Notes: generated by a model from the letters alone, not told the origin. Shown: positions 11,701 through 25,800, numbered from the stretch's first letter. The stretch is DNA of 64,000 nt from Takakia lepidozioides (GCA_030704615.1 CM060732.1:69130001-69194000); one strand, 5' to 3'. Program-made: numbers and translations.

Positions 11701-14700
11701 CCACCATTTCAGTGTACGGAATGATCAGTCAGTAGTTTTGAAGTCCCCAAACCTTGGGGAAAGAAGGGTAAGACCTCATATTAGTAGACACAGGAAGCCC
11801 CAAACTCCTAAAGTCACCTCAACAGGCCGTTGAAATGACGAACAGACAATGACATTGTATTTCACTGAGGCAGTTTTATCTTTGCTCTACAAAGCATCTC
11901 CCTTAATCTTACTGTATTGAAAGCACAACAAGCGATACAATATTCACTGTTGCTTACCATGTCACCATCATCAACATATGGATGAAGTCTATCCACCACC
12001 TGTGTACACCATCGACTTCAGTGCAGTGAGCAGTGAAAAATTTAGCAAAAACACATGAGGAAAATTACCACATACACAAACCATCACCAACTCCACTGTG
12101 AGGTACACCTGGTACTTTCATCAGATTCAGAGTAGACCACAATAGCAAACAGGGAGCAAAATCAGCACTGGTAATAAAGAATCTCAAACAAAGTATCTGT
12201 GGTCTTTCACCACTTGGTCTCACCAGGCAAGGTGAGTGCCTTGGAGTCCAACTTAATGCATGGTAAATGGAGGTTCAGGTAATAGAACTTCAGGTGTCTA
12301 CAGTGTTCTCAACTCAATTGCATGTGCCGCTGGGATCTGGCCAAACAGCAGTTTACAGGGAAAGGGATGGATGAATAGACCTGTATGGATGAATCAGCCA
12401 CCCTACATGTCACGGGTATAGGTAGAGGTGAGCTGAGACTGGAAACCTCTCAAAAATAGATTCACTCCATCATGATGCTTAAACTTGCACTAACATCTCT
12501 CCATCCATGTTGACTAAGGACCAATATATATCTGGTACGGACCTCCCTTAGCTTGTCAACTTTGGTGAAATGCCGCCCAAAAGAAGTGTATCGATTGCCA
12601 TTCAAAGCAGGGGCAAGATAAACCCTCAACGATGTCTGCAGATCAATGAGACCAATACTTCATCACTACGAGCGCACTTCATGAAACAAACAACCTCATG
12701 TCACAACAATTCAACTACGATTGCATCTTGTTCATGAGATAGAGAGTGTAAATAGAACCTTGCTTAGAACAAATCTACAAGCTGGACCTCTAATTCAGAC
12801 TTAACATTGGACGAGTAAAAATACCTCAGCTTTTGTTAGTTGCTCAAGAGCTGTTTTTGGGCAAATCTTCTGCGCTTCTTGGAGGCCTCCTTTCTTCAAA
12901 CCCTCCAAGGCCTTGGTTATAGCCTAGGAAAACAGTACCAACAAAAAATGGAAAAATGTGAGCTCTCAAGAGAAGCTTTAGACTCTCTTATAGTACCTAA
13001 CAGATACAAACAGATGCTCATACAGTGATCTACACCTTGCATATGATTAAGCTTGTAATAACCTCATCACGAAGTAAAGGTTGATGGTCAAATTCACCAC
13101 ACAGCAAAGTGAAAAAGCATACAGCTCACTCCATACAGTAGTCCATAACAGTTCTGCATCTTGCTGCTATAAATTCTACTGCCTCAAACATACTGACCAT
13201 CATCAACTTTGTAAACTGCAGATAACTTGTCAGGTACAGGGTCTCATTTTGCAAGGAAAGAACTTTGGATTATTTTAGCAATGACAATCCAAAAGTACTA
13301 AACAGTATGCTTTTCAGAAATATCCTATACCTCCTCATCTGTCCGGTAAAGTATCTGGAGCATGTAACAGAAAGGCTTACTGATAGAATCGATGAAAGTT
13401 CTCCGTTATGTATAAGCTTTTTGTTGGGATTTTCCTCATAACATGAGGGAAAGTGCAGCTGCTTCTTGACAACATCAAGAGTTACACACTCCATAGATTT
13501 GCTAACAATCTCAAGAACTCTGCAGCACATTTCATTGCTGTCAGTTACTCAGAAAGTATGACCTATTTCATCACATCTCGCCCCTGCCATAGTGAGATTG
13601 CAGGTAGAGGGGCTTGTTCCATATTTTGAAGGGACACTACCTGACTCTTCTCAATATCTAAGAAAATTGTGCATCTACTGACATACCTGAGGTTGTTCTG
13701 TTTGACATGGGACAAATTGTCAGCTTCAGCTTGAGATGCAACACAAGTAGAAACTACAGGTCTTTTCTTCTTTGCACCATCAGCATGCCTTAGAATGCGC
13801 AAAGGCATGATTTTGGGTCCCACTTTCTTGGATGAGTTGCTTCGATTCAGCACAGAGTCACCCTGTCTTTCTCCTGTGGTCGGCTTCCCCTCTTCTGATG
13901 ACCGTCTAGCCGGAGGAAACTTCAAGTGATCTCGTTTAGGTGTTAACAGCTCTTCATCAATTTCATGGTTCCTGTTCCAGTCCACAAAGGTCGAGCATAT
14001 TGGTCTTAAGATCTTTGAATGAATTGTACAGCAAAAGCTCTTGACATAATTTCCTATCTGTTTCCCATCAGTGTCTGCAAGCAAACCATGTGTTTTAGCA
14101 GAACTCCATGAAAGATAGAATTACATTCTTAGCAGTCACTGGGTAGGATCCACTTACTCGCAATAAATGATAAGTCGTCCTCGCTCCCCAAGGACCCAAG
14201 CTCTTTGTGGCTGACCATCAGAGTCATTGAACCTTATCCCTCTGATGTAACAACACCTCCAAAGAACTTAGAAACGACAATTCGCAATGATATGCAACTT
14301 CCATACAAAAAAATTCTCCAAAAACAGAATGACCCCAAATAGAACTGCTATCCTCTCTCTGACGTGTTGCCCACCAAGCTTTACCTAAGACAACACCAAC
14401 AATAACATTCCCTAACACAACAACTGGGAATCATGGTCTCATATTTTCAATCAACACTGCTATTGACATTAGGAAAACCATGAAGTCAGCTTGATCTAAT
14501 ATTTAGCAGTGAGGCTGAGATCTGGAAGTCAACAACAAACAGGAGGGGAAAACAGGAAAAATGACATGGTGGACAGTAAAGAAACAAGGAAGCTCATCAA
14601 TTCCCTCACAATGCACTACTGAGTTCCACAGGTAACTAAGCAGGATATTACGACAATTCGAAACAGTAATTATATTAAATATATACATGCAAGGACGAAC

Positions 14701-17700
14701 TCATGGCGTAACTCAAATACTTACTCTGGCAAGCACTGTTTATGCCAAGCAACAGGGCAGCGCCTGCATTTGGCAAGCTGCATATTCTCAATTTCTTTGT
14801 TCTCTGCCTTTCCACATTTCTTGCATGTATGCAATGGGCAGCACAACGTGTCTACACCTTGTTTAATGCGCTCTGCTAGTGCTGTTTGTTCAGACACTGG
14901 AGCCAGCTTTCTGGCCAAGCATTTTAGATGATAAAAGCGCCCACAGAAAGCAACATCACATCCGAAGACCTGTAGCCAGTGCAATTTTAGAAAGTTACAA
15001 TCAACATTCTTGCTCTAAAGAGCATCCATAGCCACTTGCATATTGCTTGGACCCATGCCTATTGGTATACATAGTCAAATCAACAAGTACTCGAGTAAAA
15101 ATAACCAGGCTCACCTCTCGTCTATCTTTCAGAGCCTCATCAGAAGCCCCAAGTTGTCCACAGATGTAGCATTGGTGTTGTTTTTGCTGACAATTGCCAC
15201 AAAACCACTTGCCCATTTTCTGCGAGCATAAATGATTCCATCAATACATAACGATGCAGTACTGGCAAAAATTACCGCTAACAAACACCTAGATATCCGT
15301 CTCTCTGTACTTGCAATTGTCCCACTTCAGGGTGCGAGTATGAACTGTAGAAAGAAGATGGCAACGGACCTCCACTGCTGCCTTCGAGTAGCCAAGAGTT
15401 GGACAATGTGAATCTTGGCCATTGTCATTCTCTTTATGTGCATGAAAGGAGCGCATGCAGGGACCGTCGCAACTGTAATTGCCCCCAGACATGCCCAGTT
15501 ATAGGAGAAAATCATTGAGGACTTATCCTTGCTTACTTCAATTACCATTGGAACATGCCTCATTCAGCACACCTACTTCTGTCTGTCCAAAAGAAGGAAA
15601 TTGGGGAAGCATGATGGAACATGAGGTTCATCCCTAGGCAAACAATAGGTCACAATCAAACATTAGAACCTTTTAAGACTCTGGAACCAGGCTGCAGAGT
15701 GAGTATCATTAAGAGAGAACCATACAAGAGTAGGCTCCCCCCATCATCACAGATGTGACATACAGCTGACTCGCCCAACTCATCACTGTTTTCCTCCTTC
15801 AAAAACTCTTTTTCCTCAGTACCACTCTTCATCTCCCTTAAAATCTTCCCATACTCCTCCTCAAGGTGGCTAATATCAGTGAGATCCCCTGACATGGGCC
15901 TCTGTGACAGAACCAGAGCTGTGCTTTGTCTAGAATTTAAGACCATGTTTCTTCTGTGCACGGGGGAGACCATATGAGATTCGATCTGGCTTGCATCTGG
16001 GATACGATCTCAAGCAAAGGACACCGGCTCAGTTAAAAAAAATGCACTACTGGAGCTCTCAAACAGTTCTCCCTCAGACTCTTATGGAACATTGTTCCTT
16101 GCCCTCCGATACTACATATGACACCAACAGCCATTCACAACTGATGGACATAGACAGAGACTCGTACAATAAAACCTGAAGGTAATCATCAAGTCAGAAG
16201 CATTTTGGTGAACCATCACTAGCTGCCCAAAGCTTAGGCTGAAAACAGAACACTCTGACTCAAAACAAAATTAAAGAGACCAGGTAGCATCCAAGCGTCA
16301 GTGCACGAAACACGCGTTCCAAGAGACGACCTACACAGTGCCCATAAGAGCAAACCAACAAAACTCAACAGACGCAAGCAGGAAAATCATAACCAGCATA
16401 GCACCACCTCTACTGACATGATGCTGAATTAACTTTGTAATGCTTCCATATTATGCAGATGAACAAAAGTGGGGGTTCACAGAGCATACCAAAGCAGATC
16501 ACCCCCATCATCGCAGATGTAGCACTCTGGATCCCCTAAGGATTCATTGTCCTCATCTAGATCTTCACTGTTCGTCTCCGACTCCTCGGCCTTCATGTCG
16601 TCACCATTGGTCATTTCAGATGATGAACTGCACTTACCCAGAATTGAACAATTGCTAGGTCAAGTAACCGTTAAACCTAGGCCTTGCGGACAACATTGAG
16701 AAGAGAGTATCATTACATTGCATTGCAATCCATGCTGCACATGTGCAGAGCCGCAATGGACCCAGACACTCAAGCGGCATGTGCTTTGATGAGATCCAAA
16801 GTGAAGATTAACTCCTCCGAGATTTTAAATTATTGCTAGTACATATATGTAAGAGCAGAAAAGAACTCCAGGCCTACACTTGAAAGATAGCCAATTGAAG
16901 GAGAAAGTTAGATTATATCCAAGGCAACAACTACTAATTCTAATTAGAAAACTGCATGGTGTGTGACATCTGATTTATTGATACTGACTTACCTCTGTAA
17001 CATGCAACTATCATTTGCTTTTGACAATTGTATTTTACGTTTCTTCTTTTCTCGAGTGATTGCATCATGCGCTGCTTCCTTTTTCAAGGAAGTCCCTTCA
17101 TCTGCATGCGGTCCTACTCTTTTGCGTTTGTTAATGATTGCTTCCTTCTTGGAAAGTGCAGAATGGAATGTCTGAATCACCTGCAACAGAAAAACAGTTG
17201 AAAATACTACAAATGTTTCAGTATAGAATGTACTCATAAGACTTTGTTTCCGTGGCCTTGTGGCGATAGATCCTGCACCCAGTTTGGACAAAAACAAAGG
17301 GAATAGGCACTACCTCTACGAGTGGCTCACTCCAGTAGTGTGACTTACCTTGATACAAACAATTAGAAAGCTCTAGAAAGCCCTTCACACAAGCATCAAT
17401 CTTTTCACTACAGAGTTTGTCACCAAGGGCCTAAGCCTAGTATCATATGCACAATATGCGAAAAAAGAACAACCTTTCCGTGCCTACAAACACATCCTCT
17501 ATATCTCCATACTACAGTAAGTCCCCACAAATCCGGTCCAAGAATGTCACTTTCTTTGTTCACAAGGTGACACAATCACTGCCTCCAGACACTCTTGTCT
17601 GTGCATTTTCACCTGTGCATGGTTTGTCAAGATGAAACCACTGCTACATCCAAGACATTGACCAGATTTCACTCATCAAATGTAGTAAAATGGTGGAGTA

Positions 17701-20700
17701 ACACTCTACGTGTAAACCACATTCTAACTCCACCGGCTCCTACAAGTAGACTGCTATCACCTTTGTTCACAAGGTAACACAATCACTGCCTCCAGACACT
17801 CTTGTCCATGCATTTTCACCTGTGCATGGTTTGTCAAGATGAAACCACTGCTACATCCCAGACATTGACCAGATTTCACTCATCAAATGTAGTAAAAAGT
17901 GGAGTAACACTCTACATGTAAACCACATTCTAATTCCACCGGCTACTACAACTAGACTGCTATCACCTTTGTTCACAAGGTACCACAATCACTGCCTCCA
18001 TCCCTGAATAATGTTGCATGGCAGCTGCCATCAAAATCCCATCAGGACTTCATGGAGGTATATCCAGCACTATGCCATGCAGATATTTCTAGCCAGTCCA
18101 ACAAAAGATCCTTGTATTTCCAGATAGTCACAGAAGGGTTATTTGTAAAACGTCCCTGAACAAGAGGAAGGTACTCTTGGATGGCAGCTGCCATCAATGT
18201 TCCAGAGCTTCATGTCCCACCACTGCTTTAGGAGTATGTTCTCATCCTTGCTATCATGATTCCTGGATTTTTATTACATACAGATCCTCTATTAAGGACC
18301 AACGACTATGGAACCAAGACCCACAGCACATTGTCATACATAAAGCATAATCAGTGGTACTAATCATTCCAGACAATGATGGGTTGTGTTCCAAATCTTA
18401 TTCCATGTGCCTTTCTCCCCTGTATACTCTTTCGATAGATTTGATGAATTTAATATCAGCCACCAAAGAGGAACACCAAGTCACTACCTGAAGCTGCAGT
18501 ACTAAACATCTATAACTATGGGCCACAGTGGGTGCTGCCAGCCTCAAGGATACCACTAACTTTTAGGAAACTAAGTCCAAGTCCTCATTAACAAAAACAA
18601 ATGACCCTCTAGTGCAGGCAATTTATACCACTTCAAGGATGATTTTATCATGCACGGGCAGGGCAAAGTAGTGATATCCTTGACAATCAAACGATAGAAT
18701 GGCAGGTTAACAAACTACACATTAACACCTTGTAAAAGCATTGGTGAAGAATTGCTTGTGCACCAATGCAAGTTATTAAAGCCTCCCTCACTCAACCCTG
18801 GCCAACTTCCGTTACTAATCAAACTTGTTGATAGCTTAAGAAGATTTTGTTAATTTCGAGCAACTGAAGTAAACTGGTGGTTTTTGAGTGATGATCAAGA
18901 ATCCTTGCTACTATAAAGATGCAGGTCAGAACAACTTCTATCAGTCAGGGCTATTGCATTCTATCAGGAGGTGCACACTTTCCAACATCACAATGAAATG
19001 CCAACCAGGCACTTTCTTGCCCATAATCCTCTAGATACTCAATTCCCTAGATATCCAATTTGGCAAGCTGATGCGTTAACCACAGCTCTGTATGAACCTA
19101 TTGCTCGAACATATGTCACCAGTGAATTTTGACATCTACAATATGGGCCCACTAGCCTTCACCATTGACTGCTGGAAGCTAGGGCCACTTTACTGTAGGC
19201 CAAATAACAAATATTCCAGCACCAGAACACATCCAAGAAGAGACCCTTTAAGCTCTCTTCTTGTCAAGTTCTCTCATATACCCTTTCCCACTAACACTTC
19301 TTTTCTCTCCAATCAATGGATTAAGATAGTTCCATGGGCTATTCTGACCCTAAAAAACAAATAAGTGTTTCCTGTCAAGTGAAGAACAACTTCACTACAC
19401 ATGAAGCAAGAACTGTAGAAATGCCATTGTAAACTATTTTCTAAATGCAGATAGAGACAATGGTTTGATGACCTCCGGACACTACCCACCTGTCCAAGGC
19501 CCTGTGCATTCCCATGGCATGTGGACAATTACTACTGATGGTTCTGGTATCCTCACCAGGGGCCTTCAGCTTTATGGCCACATACTTCTAAGAGTTGTGC
19601 AAACAGGCTTTGGTGACCACGTTTACGGAGGCCTATCTAAATATGAGGTAGGGACCAAGGAAGCAACATAAAGAGCCTCCTCTACTTGAGACAGAGTTGA
19701 CTAGCAGCATGCATGCCAAGAATATCAAAGAAGCGACAAAAATGAAACCACTGCTACATCCCAGACATTGACCAGATTTCACTCATCAAATGTAGTAAAA
19801 TGTGGAGTAACACTCTACATGTAAACCACATTCTAATTCCAAAGGCTACTACAAGTAGACTGCTATCACCTTTGTTCACAAGGTAACACAATCACTGCCT
19901 CCAGACACTCTTGTCTATGCATTTTCACCTGTGCATGGTTTGTCAAGATGAAACCACTGCTACATCCAAGACATTGACCAGATTTCACTCATCAAATGTA
20001 GTAAAATGGTGGAGTAACACTCTACGTGTAAACCACAACTCCACCGGCTACTACAAGTAGACTGCTATCACCTTTGTTCACAAGGTAACACAATCACTGC
20101 CTCCAGACACTCTTGTCTGTGCATTTTCACCTGTGCATGGTTTGTCAAGATGAAACCACTGCTACATCCAAGACTTTGACCAGATTTCACTCATCAAATG
20201 TAGTAAAATGGTGGAGTAACACTCTACGTGTAAACCACATTCTAACTCCACCGGCTACAACAAGTAGACTGCTATCACCTTTGTTCACAAGGTAACACAA
20301 TCACTGCCTCCAGACACTCTTGTCTGTGCATTTTCACCTGTGCATGGTTTGTCAAGATGAAACCACTGCTACATCCAAGACATTGACCAGATTTCACTCA
20401 TCAAATGTAGTAAAATGGTGGAGTAACACTCTACGTGTAAACCACAACTCCACCGGCTACTACAAGTAGACTGCTATCACCTTTGTTCACAAGGTAACAC
20501 AATCACTGCCTCCAGACACTCTTGTCTGTGCATTTTCACCTGTGCATGGTTTGTCAAGATGAAACCACTGCTACATCCAAGACTTTGACCAGATTTCACT
20601 CATCAAATGTAGTAAAATGGTGGAGTAACACTCTACGTGTAAACCACATTCTAACTCCACCGGCTACAACAAGTAGACTGCTATCACCTTTGTTCACAAG

Positions 20701-22888
20701 GTAACACAATCACTGCCTCCAGACACTCTTGTCTGTGCATTTTCACCTGTGCATGGTTTGTCAAGATGAAACCACTGCTACATCCAAGACATTGACCAGA
20801 TTTCACTCATCAAATGTAGTAAAATGGTGGAGTAACACTCTACGTGTAAACCACATTCTAACTCCACCGGCTACAACAAGTAGACTGCTATCATCATCCC
20901 AGACATTGACCAGATTTCACAAAGACAAAGAAACAGGACTGACATTGCAAGAACACTTACATCAGCATCTGCCAAGGTGGGGTCCAAGCCCGCAAATTTC
21001 TCTATCACCAAAAAATGTTCGCTCAAATACTCCCGTATTGTCCTTTCTTTGATGCCTCTGCAATATTGCAGGAATCAAGATGCAATCAAGAACTGGACCC
21101 TGTATAACACTCCTAATGAGGCACCTTCAAATCAATACAGTGGACTGCTAGGCCATAGAGTGATGGAACTGACGTCTTCAAGTCCGAGTTTACATATGCT
21201 AGGTCTTCTCTGTATCATGCAAAAACTTTCACAAGCACGTAGAACACATCTGTCTAATTCCTCATTACATTGCATATCTGGGATCCATCTCAATCAAGCT
21301 TGAGGTAGAATTCTCTTGCCTCAAACCTGACTTTCCTGAGGATTCATGTTCATGCAGGATTTATGCACAATATGTGTGTGAGGGGCTGGGGTAAGGGTTG
21401 CTCTGTTGTTGAGAACCTATCAAAGAATCATGTTGTAGTTCTAATTCTTGACAAGGAGACTGGTCAATACAATATCTTAACATTAGCTGTTTGGGTCAAA
21501 TCCACAGGGGACTAAGTTGGACTGCCATTTCATTGTGTTTCAACTCACCTACTAGCATTAGAGCAATATGTTGAACTCTCTCTACTGGTCTTCTATGGCC
21601 TCTGCTAGTCTTCTCGATTCAGTCCCTATCCGGCAGTCTAGAATCTTTGGGATGCAAAGCCTGTTTTAGGGGGAGGATTTGCGGGCCCCTGGTGCTGACC
21701 GTCATCCTGCAAGGAATGCAATCCCCCTGCTACTACCAAAAGTTGGTCGTGGACTTTCATATCTAGTGCAATTCAGGAGTGTTACTGCTGTGTTCGGGTC
21801 AGTCCATATTGAATCACAGTGAAAAATTGATGGTCCAAACTTGACCAGCCATCAGAAAACAAGGGGCTTACTGCGGAAAGCCCATGTGTCAACTTCTTCT
21901 GGAGCATAGTAGTGACAAATATAATGCACTGCCGATATCGCAAGCATTGCCACAAAAATAATACCTGACATTAATATCCTGCAGGTGCCTCCATGTCGCG
22001 GATTCAGACGCGTGTGGGTCATTCCTTGCGAAATTGAGGAAACTCGCCACAAAGAAAACCTTGGCTGCCATTGTCTGATACCCAGACTGAGGCTTCAGAA
22101 GCTTTAACCTGCACAAGTCAGAGTATCAGCCATATTTTTACCCTATCGTCCTGAATCCCCACAACAGCAACAAAGTGTGGGCAAATATAGAACACTTACC
22201 AGCAGCTGTGATCCGACCTGACTTTCAACACGGGATTCCGATTCTGGGAGAAGACTATTCTCCAAGCTGTAACCCTTTTCACGATCTTCTCACGATGATC
22301 TCCCTTACCCAGAACATGAAGCTCGGAAACACTTCCACCGATCTCTTGTTTTCTGTACAACAGAGGTAGGTCCATCAGAGACGCTAATTCATTATCTTTT
22401 CCCATAACCGAATACTCGTCGATCTCGGTCACCTCCTGCTCATCAGCGGAATCTAAGACGCTCCCAACCTTCAGCAAATCAGCACCCCCCTCCCCTGCTG
22501 CCGCCACTTGACCTCCATCCACATTCAAATCCTGCCTCCTATTCGACTCAGTGGAGCTTTGCGACTCCAGTGATGGCGCCTCCTCCATGGCTGTATCGCA
22601 AGTTGCCCTTTCTTCAACAGATTCGATCGTAGAACCGGCCAGAAATTTCTTGTGTTCCCCCACCAGATACTCTTTGAGCTCGTTCACGGAACTGTGGCCT
22701 GCAAAGAATCCACGCTTCCTCAACGCAACCAATTGACTGGAATCGTCGCCATCCCGTGCGAGGTCCAGAGAGAAGGAGGATGGGCAGCCCTCCTCCGTCC
22801 TCATGGCGCACTCGGCCCGTGCCATCCTCGCCAACAATACTCTGCCTTCGCCTCCCTGCTCTCTACCCAGCACTGGATGAATGAACAT
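8746..22888 (-). CDS. EDM2: ENHANCED DOWNY MILDEW 2-like protein (RFD-like N-terminus, PHD fingers, NPPF N6-methyltransferase-like domain, Pro-rich tail)
   Basis: Phase-consistent GT-AG exons: 22200-22888 (or ATG 22825), 21965-22108, 20961-21057, 16993-17180, 16490-16627, 15370-15472, 15115-15219, 14725-14969, 14158-14241, 13687-13971, 13381-13519, 12825-12923, 12543-12635, 11958-11999, 11478-11591, 11265-11336, 10580-10698, 9411-9468, 8746-9189. Hallmark motifs: CYICDDGGDLLCCDGPCMRSFH, CRRCPVAWHKQCLP, RYTSFGRHFTK, VDMCCGSNDFS, GLNPPFG, SFYLPGSVD, and C-terminal GGWLDF. Confidence 0.93.
10030..10447. repeat. GC-rich ~96-bp palindromic tandem repeat (4 units, ~288-bp higher-order period) in an EDM2 intron
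   Basis: Core ggatggaaattcggcgccgaatttccatcc variants at ~10073, 10168, 10265 and 10361; units 1 and 4 are nearly identical. Confidence 0.85.
15726..15953 (-). other. Candidate alternative (mutually exclusive) EDM2 exon encoding a second version of the PHD1 N-half
   Basis: Open frame ending AVCHICDDGGSLL-TT|gtatg, with the same phase (2) and donor as exon 16490-16627 (PECYICDDGGDLL-TG|gtatg). The acceptor is uncertain (15953 or 15929). Confidence 0.65.
17554..18000. repeat. 207-bp tandem repeat, left block (about 2.2 copies), EDM2 intron 3
   Basis: Unit ctttgttcacaaggtaacacaatcactgcctccagacac... starts at 17554, 17761 and 17967. Confidence 0.95.
18001..19741 (-). mobile_element. Decayed insertion splitting the 207-bp array, possibly a LINE ORF2 3' remnant
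   Basis: Non-repetitive 1.7 kb between two halves of the same array. It has many stops and only a weak SEGG-like motif. Confidence 0.3.
19742..20920. repeat. 207/202-bp tandem repeat, right block (about 5.7 copies), EDM2 intron 3
   Basis: Same unit at ~19870, 20072, 20279, 20481 and 20688. A 5-bp deletion in alternate units gives a 409-bp dimer. The array ends ~40 bp from the donor of exon 20961-21057. Confidence 0.95.
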
Positions 22889-25800
22889 TCCATCTGTCCA
22901 TCCATCGTTGATGCAGGCAGCAGGTGGAATAACGACGTGGACATCAGGGATGATAGTTACATGGATGAAGTTAATTTTCTCGTTAACACGTATATTTCTG
23001 GACTCCGGGCCTATACCTACTAGGGTACTGAATACTTCCCAAATTTCAGTAGAAATAATCTCTACCCTTGCTATAAAAACTTCAAACTATTTTTAGCCTT
23101 AGCACAACTGGCCCACGTCATTTTTGGCTACACTATTTATTTATTTATTTATAAATAAAAGGGGACAAATTTCATCCAGGGCCTCTGACCCCTGCTCCCA
23201 AAGAAAAAAGGGGGGGACAGCCCTTAAGAACTTTATTGAAGCAAGGAAAAAATAACCTTGCAAAGGCCATGAAGGCTGATGAGGGAGACACCACTCCGTG
23301 ACTATTTATCATTTTTATTGGGAGGAGACTATTTTTTATTTTTTTAATTGGGAGGAGACTGTCACTATCATCAGTGAGATGCCACCGCGGCCCTTTTCTT
23401 CTAGAAAAAAAGAAGGAAGCCGACCCTTGATCATCAAATCAGAAGTTGTTATTTTTTCCTTGTATTAATTTGATTATACGGGCCGATGAATTAGCTTTAA
23501 AAATAAAATAAGCATAAACGTAAAAGGCAAGACAAAATAATCTCGCAACGCAAGGGTGCCATAAGGCCAACCAAAGGCTAGCGGCCAGAGGTTACAGCTA
23601 ATAACAGAAACACTCTCCAATAGCCAATTTGATCGTGCGACAACAAATCTTATATGTTGTACTCCACATGGTCACTTGGATTGAAAATTTGTGATATGTT
23701 CAATGGCCCCACTAACATTGAAGGTTTGATGTTAGTAGTGATGATTTAACTAGCAGATATTATATTTTCAGATTATATCTATATCTTTATAAATTTGCAC
23801 TATTTTGCTTTTACATATTAGTATAGAGACAGGACTCTCAGTGGAATTGTTTCCTCTATCATTACAATAATAATTTTCTTGTTTCATTAACCCTTAACTG
23901 CCTGTAGATAGCTTTTTTTAAACCAAATTTCACTTGGGTCCTCGACCTAATAATAAATTGAGTCTATTTACATAACCATCTACATCCAGAAAATTGAACC
24001 TCAGAGAAGCCTACCACATATATCCACACACCTAATCTTGGAGCTTATAATATTTTAGTGTGAGGGAAGTTTTTTTTCCCCAAATTTGGAGGCCAAATTC
24101 CCAAATTTGCTATATCCCCTTTTTGTACATGAAGTGGGGGGTTCAAAAGCCATGAATATGCATGCTTGAACTCTTTTTTGTTTTCCAGGAAATTTCTAAT
24201 TTTCAATTTTCATATATTTCCGGTGAAAAAAAACGCACTTGAACTTCAGTATATCCCACATCGTAGGTCCAAAAAATATGAGACCACCTCCATGCACCTA
24301 GTAAGAACCCGGCCGGAAGCGTTGCGGTTTGAGAGATCTCATTGTGACAAACAAAACAAACAACTTTTTTTTCTTTTTTTCTTTTTCTTAAGGTGAAAGG
24401 GGAGGAAGCCCTGATTAACTTTATTCAAATTATTGAAGGGAAAAAAATTAAAACCCTTACAGGCCCGAAGGCTGCCATGAGGCCTGATTGGTTGCCCGAA
24501 CGGAGAACCCGAGGACTGGTAACGGAATTGTAATAAACCACGAGTACGCTCTAGAGGGAGCAAGTATGGAAAAGTCTAAAGAGCCAAGAGGAGCAGACGG
24601 AGGTCGGCTTAAGTAACCCTAAGACAAGAAAGTATAACTTCAAAAATGGACATACACAAAATTGAGGTCCAGAAAAAAAAAAAAAAATTGGACACAGCGA
24701 TGACAATAAAGTTATCCGTTAAGTAGCCCTCCCTTTCCACCCCTTGATACATCCTCACAATGCCTCTCGTCGGCACTTTGCGTGTATCCGTTAAGTCGAG
24801 CACGGTGCCAAGAAAAAACTAGAGACACGTGGAGCGACGGCTCACAAACCAGGCCCCTTAATTGTAGTGTGAGGAGAACAACCAAGTTGTAGCCCAGTAG
24901 TAATGGGCACATACCAACTCGGAAGTGGTTGTGGGTTCAATCCACCGATTGGTGTCACAAAGGTATCCACCTTCCTCTTGGAAGGCAATAGCCCTTGGGG
25001 GTCGAGACACCATACTTCACACTTCCTTCTGGAGGTGTCATATTTAGAGTGTGAGGAGAAAACAACCAGTGTTGTAGTACGTATGTCCATTTTGACATAC
25101 CAAACTGGTCCTCGTATATAGGTGGGCATAAAAACTCGTCGGTCATTATATCAGCTCGTATACTAGCCACATGATATTGCTAATAAGATTGTAATGAAGA
25201 CCACCAATCCACCTATCATTCTTCAAGAGAGAGGATTGTCCCCTTTAATTTCTTTTGGAAAAAAAAAAAGAATGAGATAATGTACACCCGGCCCGCCCTC
25301 CCTGGATCCTGCTTCTTATGCGCTCTCTACTAGACCCTCCATTTCTTCCCAAGCTCCCTCTTTGGCTATAGCTTGCCAAAAAGATCTCGCCACACCTCTC
25401 AAACCTCCTCCAATCTAGATCCTTCTCTAGCCAACTTTGGCATGCATTCCATATGGACCCACATGCAATTGTCACTTCCACATGGCATGCAATATCCATG
25501 TGGGGCTGCATGCTTTATTCACCTCTGTTCAGACAGCTTGCTCGATGTCCAATTTTCTTTGCTTAATTTTTTTTGGGAACAATTGGGGTACATATTCATA
25601 GTAACCTTGCCGTGAAGGCTTTCGCATTCGCATGGGACACCGGGGAAGAAGAACATACCACACCACGTCAAGGTAGCCGGATTTGACCAAGAATCATATT
25701 AGTGGCACTTAGTGCACTATTCGACTGAGCTATTAACTATTGGTGCTTATTTGAAAGAGTTAATTTTCCCCGGACTTGAATTGTGAGGAGTTTCCTTCAT

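Noticed and set aside
17554-20920. Repeated 60-aa ORFs MSVHFHLCMVCQDETT.. as a peptide gene array
   Set aside because: They start at non-ATG codons, are antisense within an EDM2 intron, and are disrupted in the 202-bp units. They are a by-product of the tandem repeat.
21620-21706. Possible alternative terminal exon of EDM2 (ttgcag|G ATG ACG..TGA)
   Set aside because: It is phase-compatible but has no homology support; exon 20961-21057 fits the EDM2 alignment.
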